Source of the DNA: Bugula neritina | Taxonomy: Eukaryota > Animalia > Bryozoa | Direction: 5' to 3' | Assembly (NCBI GenBank): GCA_964035545.1 | Contig: OZ037765.1 | Location: 8,690,698 to 8,754,697 of the forward strand | Length of the DNA stretch: 64,000 nucleotides | In this document: positions 1-8,719 of the stretch, piece after piece | How positions within the stretch are numbered: position 1 is the stretch's first letter | Layout of the letters: each line of letters opens with the position of its first letter | The notes under the pieces: generated by a model | Told to the model about the DNA's origin: nothing | The model's input: only the letters and a program-made list of their open reading frames with translations | Database searches by the model: none | Position numbers and translations under genes: made by a program

Positions 1-968
1 AAGTCGTGTGCCCTAGCTTCTACTTCACGTAGGTTGCGGGCCCAGGGGGACGAGCGAGAGGAAGTCGGCTGTCTGTGTCTTTTCCGCTCTGAGGATGGAA
101 GGGGAGGAGGGAGTGTATACGCATTCGTGTCTACCCTCTGTAGTACGACACGAGGAAAGGTATGCGGCATGCGTAGAGGACTGTGAGGTGGAGAGTTAGT
201 AGACTGTATAGGTTTATCTGTGGCTCCAGAGATGATGGGTCGCGGGGAAGGGAAGCCTTGCTCCAGGCGAGATAGCCGAGCTGAGTCAGTGATGAGTGGT
301 TTGATGGCGTTGAGAAATGCAGGATAGGATGATTCGTCTACTTCATAGACATGTCCTTGATAACACTGCATAGTACGTTGGTGACGCAGTAGGTAATCAC
401 GATTGTAGCTATATTCTCCGCAAGGGCAGAAAGTGGTGATGTAATGTTGCGGCAAGTGTACTTTCAGTCTGCGGTGGGTTGTAAATCGCTGCTGGCAGAG
501 GTTACATTCGCGATTACTTTCACCTCCTTGATGAGTCCTAATCTCCCTCTCTGTGGCAGGGGTAATCCAGTTGGAGGTTGCTTCCAACTGGGGTGGCAGT
601 TGCCTGGTTGTAGAAGTTGTTGGGGCCGGCTCTGGGTCTCACGCCATCTCTAGAGAAGGCATGCCCGGAGAGACGGGCGCGAGTGTGTCTACAAAAGTAG
701 AATTATTGTTAGATCGCGGTGGATCTTTACAACATAATTCTAGTGACTGTCGACCGTTGCTAGCCTGAGAGTCACAGCTTTTGGAATGCACTCGAGGAAC
801 CGATGAATCATGTGTGGACTGACCAAGAACAGTGTCTAGCTCCAGGTCTAACAGACCGTCGGCCATTACAGTGTCTTCATCGTCATTCACATGAAACGTG
901 GTTCCCAGTAATTCTGATTCAATCTGCTGAATTAGTTCAGAATTTACTGGCATCGAGCCCGTTTCCAT
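1..968 (-). CDS. Third ORF of the retrotransposon: C2H2 zinc-finger protein, one in-frame TGA at 641-639, open to the window edge
   Basis: ATG at 968, 17 nt after the pol stop. After 109 aa there is a single TGA; the same frame then stays open for about 212 codons: DPEPAPT...CNLCQQRFTTHRRLKVHLPQHYITTFCPCGEYSYNRDYLLRHQRTMQCYQGH...LREVEARAHD. Confidence 0.8.
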
Positions 969-985
969 GAATAGGAATACAAGAC

Positions 986-3900
986 TTATACTGGCTTACC
1001 TGGGAACTCGGTATTAATGTCCATACTCAACGTTCTTGGTAAGATTGGAGCTGGTTGTGAGATACGTCTGCCTTTGGCAATGTCAGCATAAGAAAAGGCT
1101 GAGCATCGTTTCTCAGGCACGAGGTCGGAACTATTTGCTTTACGCGCATTAATTCCTCCCACTATTCCGCCCTCGCAAAAGTTGATATTTGCGTGGGGTT
1201 CACAACTCCAACATTTTATCGTACGGTTTTCCCCTAGACTTTCATGTGCGCCGCTTCTAATGCAGTCACATACGAAGTCTTTTAAATATGGTGGGGGTTT
1301 CCTCGTACGCTGTCCCCTTTCTAGGGGGGGTGACACGCTTGCCGGTTCGTTAGTAGGGGCCTCTAATGGCGTCTCTACTTCACCGTTAGCGGTCACCTCT
1401 TCTTGTTCTCCGGATGGAGCCCCTCCCTCCATGGGGGTTTGCACTTCCGGAATCGGCTCGGTTTCTGGAAGTGATGGAATTAGACTTGGCGGTGGCGGAC
1501 ACGCTTCTGTTGACAAAAGCTGCCGCTCCTCTCTCACCAAGTTTTCTTCCCGCGGTATGACCACTTCGTATTCAGGTCCATGCCGCCGTCGCCCGCGCGT
1601 CGTTGTCTGCCTCCTGGGCTCTAACAACGGGGGGGCTTCTCCCACTCCGTCGGGGCTAGCCCAATACGGTTTCAAGCGAGACTCATTCTGGATAGACACC
1701 TGTCCTGAGCGCTCGATCTTGTACGTATGATTGGGCATAGCCTCGACGACCACGTAGGGCCCTACGAACTTAGGCTTCAGTTTATCAGCCTGTCCGCGAC
1801 GCCTACAGTAATTGACCATCCACACCTTATCTCCCGTTTGATAGAGAGGTGGTTCATCGGAATCTTCGTGCCGCACCTTCCACTGCTGTTGGCGCAGTAT
1901 ATCGTGTGCGGCCTTCATCCGTTCCACTAGTTCACTGGCATACTCGTGAACCGAGTTGTCTTGCTCTGGAACGTGATAGGTGAGATGGTCAGGGACACGA
2001 GTCTCTCTCCCGAGCATCAAGAGGTTTGGGGTCTCACCAGTACTGGTGTGTGGGGTGCTACGGTATGCACGCATGACTTGCGGCAACACCGTATCCCATT
2101 CCTCTTGACCTCGTCCAAGGAGGAGACTCCGGAGTGCATCACCTAGCATCCGGTTGTTGCGCTCCACCACCCCGTTACCTTGAGGGTGGTAGGGGGTGGT
2201 CCTGCTCTGATTTACTCCCCAGAGGTGGCAAAGGTCGCTCATCAGTTGAGACTGGAATTGAGCGCCTTGATCAGAGTGTATCTGTTCGGGGAGCCCAAAA
2301 TAACAGAATACATGTTGGTCTAGTGCCCTGGCCACTGTTGGGGCTGATGCATCTGGGATAGCCAGAGCATCCGCCCACCTAGTAAAGTGGTCGGTTAGTA
2401 CTAGGATCCAATTATTGCCTCTGGGGGTCAGGGGCATGGGTCCGACCAGGTCTACAGCGACTACTTGCCAGGGCCTACCAGCATATAGCCTCCGCCGTCC
2501 TGCTTCACCAGGGGGGCGGCTATGCTTACTGGCCTGGCAGATCTCACACTGTTTGACTCTGAGTCGGACGTCACGCTCCATTTGTGGCCAATACCACCGG
2601 AGTCGTAATTTGGATATCACTCTCTTGACCCCTGCGTGGGCCTGTTTGTGAGTATCCCAAATCAACTCACGGCGGATGGCCGTGGGGCAGACTACCCTCT
2701 TCCTTTCCGGGTGTCTGCCGCTGGCAGCTAGGGAGATGGTTAGTAACCCATCCTGCCCGATCCGCAGCGAGTCCCAACGCTGACAGTATAGCCGGAACTC
2801 GGCGCATCCCTGTCGTATGCGTTCCTTGCTGGGTCGTCGCCCTTCCCTTTTGGCCCGGTATATGTCTGCCACGACTCCAGGCAGCTCTTCTTGGAGCTTC
2901 TTCAGCTCTCGAACATTACCGGCCAGTACAGGGTTGGCGCGGAGGTTTTGTACATCCTCCGGGGACTCATCAACTCCTTGCCTGAGTTGACCCTGGTCCC
3001 AGTCAAACGGTGCCCCGTGATGAGCCAGCGTCTCCAACTCGCATCGAGGGGGACCTCCATCCCTCCTCTCGATGTTGAGACACTGTTTGCAACCTCCGTC
3101 AGGTCGGCGACTCAACCCATCCGCATTGCTGTGTCTCTTGCCCGGTCGATGTTCGATCCGGTATGAGAATTCAGCTAGGATTTCGAGCCACCGGGCGACC
3201 TGACTAGAGGGCTCTGCTCTCTTGCACAACCAGATCAGCGAGGCATGATCCGTACGCAGCCGGAACTTCCTGCCGTATAGGTATGGTCTGAAGTGCTTCA
3301 CTGACTTGATTACTGCCAGCAGCTCCTTGCGGGTAGTGCAGTAATTTCGTTCAGCGGGTGAGAGAGACTTGCTGTAGTAGGCTACTACTACCTCTCGGCC
3401 TTCCTGCACTTGTGACAGCACAGCGCCAACATTTTGGTCACTGGCGTCCGTGTCGAGGATGTACTCCAGAGTGGGGTCTGGGTAGGCCAAGATGGGCGCC
3501 GTTAGTAGGCAGCCCTTGAGGCGGTCGAACGCTCCTTGTTCGACTGGGGTCCACTGCCACGTCACTCCCTTTGCGGTGAGCCGGTTTAACGGCTGGGCTA
3601 TGCCCGCAAAGTCCGGTATGTATTGCCTGTAATACCCTACCAGCCCCAAGAAAGCCCGGAGTCCGGTCAAGTCTTGGGGGGTGACCCAGTCTTCTACCGC
3701 CCGTACCTTTTCGGGATCCGTTGCCACGCCGTTTCGACCGACAACGTGCCCCAGGTACTTGACCTCCGGCTGCAATAGAGCGCACTTGGAAGGTTTGAGC
3801 TTAAGACCGGCACCTCGGAGTCTCTCGAAAACCTCCTGCAGACGACTGACATGTGTCTCGAAGTCTGGAGAGATTACGATGACATCATCGAGGTAGACCA

Positions 3901-5260
3901 GCAGTGTCTTCCAATGGAGTCCGCTAAGGACTTGTTCCATCAGCCTCTGGAAGGTGGCTGGGGCGGAGGTTAACCCGAAGGGTAGCACCTTCCACTTCCA
4001 CAAACCGTCCCGTGTGATAAACGCCGCTTTCTCTTGGGCGTCGGGACTCAGAGGAACCTGCCAATAGCCGCTTAGCAAGTCTAGCGTACTGAAGTACTTG
4101 CTGCCGGCTAGGGCGTCCAATGACTCGTCAATACGAGGTAGAGGGTAGGCGTCCTGTATGGTTACGCTATTGAGTTTGCGGTAGTCCACACAGAACCGCC
4201 AACTGCCGTCTTTCTTCCGGACCAGTACGACTGGCGAGCTCCACGCACTGTGGGCGGGCTCTATCAGTCCCCGGTCCAGAAGATCCCGTACTTGTCGGCT
4301 AACCTCCTTCTCTTTCTCCGGCCCCAGCCTGCGTGTGGGCTGCCGGACAGGGACTGTCCCTGCAGTCAGCGGTATTTCGTGCCTGACAATTCCAGTCAGT
4401 CCCACGTCATGCTCTCCGCTGCTGAACACATCACCGTAGTCGCGTAGTAACTTAGCCATAGCTTGGCGTTCTCTGTTACTCGCGCAGCCGACACTGGCTG
4501 TTTCGTATAACTCCCGGAGATGTGTTGGGACTGCCCCTCGTCCCTGAATAGGGTGTCGAGGGGGTGCCTCCGTCGCGTCACCCAGCGACGGGCCCACGTC
4601 CTCTTCCTGGACGGAGTGGAACCGGCCCAGCATTGACCCAGCTGAGAGCTCAATGGGCTCGGTAAAGGGGTTGACACACTGCACTAAGACCTCCCCTCGC
4701 TCAGTTAGTCGGTTTAAACTACTGGCGAGTTGGATCCTTTCGTGCGCGCCTTCAACGACCCCGAGCCTGGCTATCCGGTTGCTGTTCACTCGGCAGTGGA
4801 TAGTAGCTCTGGAGCGTCCGGGCACGGTGCAGTTTCGAACTACCTGAACACTGCCCACCAGAGGACGCCCAAACTTATCCACACAGGCGAGTTCTCGCCC
4901 GCCCATCAGCACCACCGACTTACTAAAATCTATTCGGCACTGGTGTTGCTTCAAGAAGGGCATGCCGAGGATAGCATCTTCCTCCAGTTGACCTATGATA
5001 AAGGTCTCCTGTACAGCCTGGTCTCGGACACGCCCAGGGAGCTCGATAATACCATAAAAGGGAATACATGACCCGTCTGCCAGGGTGCCATGTTCCCCAG
5101 TATACGGGCGTACTCTATCCCTGTCCCGGCGGGGCAGTGCCTCAAAGACTCTACGACTGAGAAGGTTGGTAGTACAACCGGAGTCGAGCAGGAAAGTGAC
5201 GGCGTTGCCGGCCACCTTTCCGGGTAGGAAATAGCTCTCTCCATGTGGTTGTACTTTCAC
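986..5260 (-). CDS. pol: Pol polyprotein (aspartic protease, reverse transcriptase, RNase H, integrase with GPY/F motif)
   Basis: 1424-aa ORF. Protease LLDSGC; RT WRFCVDYRKLN, LPFGL and YLDD; RNase H DTDASD; integrase HKQAH...CEIC zinc domain, VDLVG/SDQG/VERNN DDE core and FVGPY. The frame is open from 5314 and has no ATG start, consistent with frameshift expression. Confidence 0.98.
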   Translation of the reverse strand: MKVQPHGESYFLPGKVAGNAVTFLLDSGCTTNLLSRRVFEALPRRDRDRVRPYTGEHGTLADGSCIPFYGIIELPGRVRDQAVQETFIIGQLEEDAILGMPFLKQHQCRIDFSKSVVLMGGRELACVDKFGRPLVGSVQVVRNCTVPGRSRATIHCRVNSNRIARLGVVEGAHERIQLASSLNRLTERGEVLVQCVNPFTEPIELSAGSMLGRFHSVQEEDVGPSLGDATEAPPRHPIQGRGAVPTHLRELYETASVGCASNRERQAMAKLLRDYGDVFSSGEHDVGLTGIVRHEIPLTAGTVPVRQPTRRLGPEKEKEVSRQVRDLLDRGLIEPAHSAWSSPVVLVRKKDGSWRFCVDYRKLNSVTIQDAYPLPRIDESLDALAGSKYFSTLDLLSGYWQVPLSPDAQEKAAFITRDGLWKWKVLPFGLTSAPATFQRLMEQVLSGLHWKTLLVYLDDVIVISPDFETHVSRLQEVFERLRGAGLKLKPSKCALLQPEVKYLGHVVGRNGVATDPEKVRAVEDWVTPQDLTGLRAFLGLVGYYRQYIPDFAGIAQPLNRLTAKGVTWQWTPVEQGAFDRLKGCLLTAPILAYPDPTLEYILDTDASDQNVGAVLSQVQEGREVVVAYYSKSLSPAERNYCTTRKELLAVIKSVKHFRPYLYGRKFRLRTDHASLIWLCKRAEPSSQVARWLEILAEFSYRIEHRPGKRHSNADGLSRRPDGGCKQCLNIERRDGGPPRCELETLAHHGAPFDWDQGQLRQGVDESPEDVQNLRANPVLAGNVRELKKLQEELPGVVADIYRAKREGRRPSKERIRQGCAEFRLYCQRWDSLRIGQDGLLTISLAASGRHPERKRVVCPTAIRRELIWDTHKQAHAGVKRVISKLRLRWYWPQMERDVRLRVKQCEICQASKHSRPPGEAGRRRLYAGRPWQVVAVDLVGPMPLTPRGNNWILVLTDHFTRWADALAIPDASAPTVARALDQHVFCYFGLPEQIHSDQGAQFQSQLMSDLCHLWGVNQSRTTPYHPQGNGVVERNNRMLGDALRSLLLGRGQEEWDTVLPQVMRAYRSTPHTSTGETPNLLMLGRETRVPDHLTYHVPEQDNSVHEYASELVERMKAAHDILRQQQWKVRHEDSDEPPLYQTGDKVWMVNYCRRRGQADKLKPKFVGPYVVVEAMPNHTYKIERSGQVSIQNESRLKPYWASPDGVGEAPPLLEPRRQTTTRGRRRHGPEYEVVIPREENLVREERQLLSTEACPPPPSLIPSLPETEPIPEVQTPMEGGAPSGEQEEVTANGEVETPLEAPTNEPASVSPPLERGQRTRKPPPYLKDFVCDCIRSGAHESLGENRTIKCWSCEPHANINFCEGGIVGGINARKANSSDLVPEKRCSAFSYADIAKGRRISQPAPILPRTLSMDINTEFPGKPV

Positions 5261-5610
5261 CCCCCCGCATGTGCTGTCCTGAATTGACAGGACGGCGGGG
5301 GTTTCACCCGTGGTTTACGGGGCTTCCGGCGGCGAGGTTGGTGCCGGCGGGGTTTGGGGCTCTCCACTGGGCCTTCTGGCTCCATTTCAGTGGCGGGCTC
5401 CTCTTCCCGAGGTAACCGGTGGAACCGGTTAGCGAGTGGCAGGGAGAAGGTACTCGGCCGTTGTGCGGGCCTACTAGTCCTGCGTGGTACCTGCCACTCG
5501 GGTGGAGTGTTCCGTCGTGTCCGTACGGACAGACGACGGCGTGTCCCACCATACTCCTTCAGTTGCGGCCCGCGGGGAGGGAGAGTGTCCGCGGGCCGTG
5601 ACAGTTTAAC
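5257..5610 (-). other. Open -1 frame linking gag to pol (about 117 codons)
   Basis: From the slippery site the -1 frame reads KLSRPADTLPPRG...PEWQVPRRTSRPAQRPSTFSLPLANRFHRLPREEE...RTAHAGG*, with no stop until 5259-5257. It overlaps the open pol frame over 5314-5257. Confidence 0.7.
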
Positions 5611-6425
5611 GCCCCCTGGTATTGGGGTCGTCCTTTCTGTCCCTGGTCCTGATCAGCGCTACTCCAGCCCTGCCCCACAGGCGTTGGAGGCACCCGCAGG
5701 GCCTGACCGGGGCCAGCACCGGCCAGAATGGTTACCAGTTGTCCCAGCATCTCTACCGTACGGTCCACTTCGGCTTCTAGCGGGAGGGCTTCGGGACCTG
5801 TCGTAGCCCTGGCAGCGCTGACTCCAACTACTGGTGGGTTCCGTCGTGCTTGATGCATTTGGGTAGCCAACAGGTAAGCTTCTCCAGCCTTCAGGGCATC
5901 CTCTATTCTGGTTATCCCTTTAGCTCGTAGTTGATGGTGTAAGCCCAGGTCGTTTAGTGACTGGACAAAGGCGTCATAGGTGTAACGCTCTTGGTGTTGT
6001 GCTGGCAGATCGCTATATGCAATCTGCGCCAACTTCTTCACCGTCGCGGCATGTTCTTGCAGCGAGGTCCGCGGGGTGCAGCACAATCTCTCCAGCTTGG
6101 TCCTAGCGTCTATTGCGGAGATGCCAAAACGGGCCCGCAGCGCAGCCAGTATCCCGTTTACGTCCGTTCCCACTCCGTACGGCTTGGCTTGTTCCGTCAC
6201 CGCTCTCCGCAATTGGATAAGGGCCACTCTATGCGGCCATTGAGCAACCTCCATTACCTCTCTAAATTCTTGTATAAATTGTTCGACATCTTCCGACCCA
6301 GTAAAGGTGGGAGCTTTCAAGCAATGTCTATAAGCTTCTTCTCCCTCACGATTCACAGGATTAACAGCATTTCTACGCTCACCTTCTACTGGGGGTGGTT
6401 GCATTCTAGCATTTTCAGTCTCCAT
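5559..6425 (-). CDS. gag: Gag capsid-like protein of the retrotransposon
   Basis: 288-aa ORF starting 15 nt after the PBS. It has a retrotransposon-gag-like N-terminus (KAPTFTGSEDVEQFIQEFREVMEVAQW) and lies upstream of pol. No CCHC knuckle is visible. Confidence 0.9.
   Translation of the reverse strand: METENARMQPPPVEGERRNAVNPVNREGEEAYRHCLKAPTFTGSEDVEQFIQEFREVMEVAQWPHRVALIQLRRAVTEQAKPYGVGTDVNGILAALRARFGISAIDARTKLERLCCTPRTSLQEHAATVKKLAQIAYSDLPAQHQERYTYDAFVQSLNDLGLHHQLRAKGITRIEDALKAGEAYLLATQMHQARRNPPVVGVSAARATTGPEALPLEAEVDRTVEMLGQLVTILAGAGPGQALRVPPTPVGQGWSSADQDQGQKGRPQYQGALNCHGPRTLSLPAGRN
5566..5610 (-). promoter_or_regulatory. Candidate programmed -1 ribosomal frameshift signal (G UUA AAC plus stem-loop)
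   Basis: Heptamer G TTA AAC (5610-5604) in the gag frame, a 5-nt spacer, then a perfect 10-bp GC stem CGGCCCGCGG / CCGCGGGCCG (5598-5589 with 5575-5566) and a 13-nt loop. Confidence 0.8.
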
Positions 6426-6439
6426 CTTTGATGTACACT

Positions 6440-6457
6440 ATCCCACCGCTGCCACCA
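6440..6457 (-). promoter_or_regulatory. Primer-binding site complementary to the 3' end of tRNA-Leu
   Basis: Minus strand TGGTGGCAGCGGTGGGAT, 1 nt inside the LTR end. The plus strand ATCCCACCGCTGCCACCA equals the remembered 3' 18 nt of metazoan tRNA-Leu(AAG) including CCA. Confidence 0.9.
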
Positions 6458-6458
6458 C

Positions 6459-6764
6459 TGTTATGATTTTCAGTTTTAGGGTTGATGTGCCACCAAGAGA
6501 GTCTATTTATCACTAGAGAAACTGCACCGAGTTAAGTCGAGTAGATATCGTTATATTTTAATACAAGAATACATAATAAAATCTAATGTACAACAGTAAT
6601 GATACGCACGTCTATTTAATTTACAGCACTATCCTCAACTGAGCTAGTAGCGCGAAGCTGCTACTATTACTCATAAAACAGCCTAGCTAATTGGCTAATA
6701 CATTGTTCCGGGTCAATACGCAACCTTGCGTATTGTGTTGCTGGTAGCTCCACGAGCCACCACA
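6459..6764 (-). repeat. 5' LTR (about 306 bp)
   Basis: The inner end is fixed by the PBS (...ATAACA). The outer end is inferred from a TGTGGTGG start giving TGT...ACA termini and from the switch to AT-rich host DNA. The partner LTR is not in the window. Confidence 0.75.
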
Positions 6765-7380
6765 ATATGTTTTGCTTTACTTCAGATAGATGCTTTATTG
6801 TAAGATTCAGAAAATTTTAAAAATTGGATGCTTAGTGTAAAACAATTTAAATAAATTGGAAGAATGCATGCTTATGCTACTACATAATACACAGCCTTTA
6901 TTGTAGCTAAAGACTCTCTGTCTGTAAGGGGGGGGGGGAATGGAGGAGCAGATGTGGCATTTATTGTAAGCTGATTAAATTGTTAGCTAACTCATAAGTC
7001 ATAATTATAAAAATCTACATAAATAAGGCACTTAAAAATATTTATATAAAACAAGATGTAAAACCAAAAAACTTTTGTTATTTATGTGCAGAGCTGGTCA
7101 TTGCTTAAGGTCATATGAATATCAACATCTCACTCAGCTAGTAAAAAATTATTTTAATACAAGTTTCATCTCATACTGATACTTGAGGCTGAATCTACTC
7201 ATTAATCACAACGACATTGATTATGTAAAAGAGGTCTAAGTTTAGTTCTAATAATAAGCTGCAAATGATTAATTTTTGATAATTAAAACTAGTTGGCTTA
7301 CTATATCTTTGTTTTTAATGATGTTATTCCTTACTGTTAGTCCATTAATTTCCAAGGCACCAATTCCGGTTTGTCTAGCT

Positions 7381-7394
7381 GTCACCATAGTAAC
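7381..7394. promoter_or_regulatory. RFX X-box-like motif in a probable promoter region
   Basis: GTCACCATAGTAAC fits GTHNYYATRRNAAC; it lies upstream of TRAPPC13. Confidence 0.35.
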
Positions 7395-7849
7395 TACATG
7401 GTTTTGCGTGGAACAGTTTCGACATCACTACAAACCTGACAAAACTTCAACATTAATTTTATGTAAAATAATATTAAATTAAATTAAATTTAATGACAAA
7501 TTTTTAATTTTACTTTAGCTAATAAAAAGTTATATGTTAAAAACTGCGTAATATAATATAGAATAAATCATTAACACATAGAGGATAACTCCTAGTTAGG
7601 GAGGTAATGGGCAACTGCCAGTTTTCGGCAACTCTGACATGGTAATTGAGAAAATAAAAATTAGCTACAAAAATAATCAACTTTTTTCCTACTTTGCCTT
7701 TTGACTTTGCCTTAAGTAAAGCTGTCGCACTTTACAATTACAATAGCTAGATTTAGGTCACAGAATGATATGTTGAATAAAAAGCAACTCTATAATTTTA
7801 GATTTTAGAGTAATTTCGCTTTGTGAAACTTTGAGTTTGTAGTTGTTGA

Positions 7850-8350
7850 TAATCATAATCATAATGATAATGAATTATTGATATTGAAGATCATAACCAT
7901 AATGATAATCAGTAATCTGATAGTGGTAATGATAATCAAGTCCAAATTCAAAGTAGAACTGAAAGTCTGATTCAATACTTGTACTAATAGTAATACTAAT
8001 AGTAATACTCATACTCATACTGTAATACTAATACTAATAGTAATACTAATACTAATACTAATAGTAATAGTAATAATAATAATGATAGTTTTTTTAATAC
8101 TAATTCTAAGGCTAATAGTATCACTATCAGTATCTGTACTAAATTTACTATTGGATTTAACATTACTTATTATTTTCCATTACTATTAGTATTAGTATTA
8201 CTCTTAGTATTACAGTATAAGTATTAGTATTACTATTACTATTAGCATTACTATTACCATTGGCATTAACTTTGAATATTTATATTAACTATGTCTATGA
8301 TTATGTCTACACATTATTATAATTCTTATTCTAGTTATTCACTAGCCTTA
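7850..8350. repeat. Degenerate hexamer-periodic (ANANTN) low-complexity tract
   Basis: Runs of ATAATC/ATACTA/ATAGTA/ATACTC, followed by the reverse-complement orientation (TAGTAT...). Boundaries are approximate. Confidence 0.8.
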
Positions 8351-8408
8351 GGCTTAGTATTTTTTATTAGATTTACTTTTAGTCATTTGATTAGCCTAGG
8401 CTGTAGGC

Positions 8409-8719
8409 CAGGGCTGTCCAACAGGTGACCCCAGGGTCGGGTGTAGCCCCAGCCAACATTTATGTGACCCTCAAAGGTGTAACACTAAAATTATTTTTCA
8501 CAGTGAAAAACCAACTTTTAAAGGCGCATTTTTCATACACATGCTACAAAACATGCAGCCTGCATTAACTATTGAGACTTCATTGTGTAATGATTCATAA
8601 GAATTTGGAATGAAGTACTTTGAAAAACGCTGTGGCCCCCAGCACAAGCTAAAGTTTCCAATGTGGCCCTGACCATGAAATATTCCCTTTCCTTGATCTG
8701 AAAAGGTTGGACACCCCTG
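8409..8719. mobile_element. hAT (Charlie-like) MITE
   Basis: Terminal inverted repeats CAGGGCTGTCCAAC / GTTGGACACCCCTG (13 of 14 match); flanking 8-mers CTGTAGGC and CCATAGGC form a degenerate TSD. Confidence 0.8.

Larger units (their letters stand above)
1..6764 (-). mobile_element. Ty3/Gypsy LTR retrotransposon, 3' part outside the window
   Basis: Minus-strand order LTR, PBS, gag, then PR-RT-RH-IN (Gypsy domain order). Markedly GC-richer than the flanking host DNA. No second LTR copy is present in 1-985, so the element continues past the left edge. Confidence 0.97.

Noticed and set aside
1-968. ORF3 as an env gene
   Set aside because: No signal peptide or transmembrane segment in the visible part; it carries zinc-finger motifs instead.
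444-6431. Many plus-strand ORFs of 60-182 aa overlapping the retrotransposon
   Set aside because: Antisense shadows of GC-rich gag/pol/ORF3 coding sequence, with no recognisable motifs.
6440-6457. tRNA gene
   Set aside because: Only the 3' 18 nt including CCA match; this is the retroelement PBS, not a tRNA locus.
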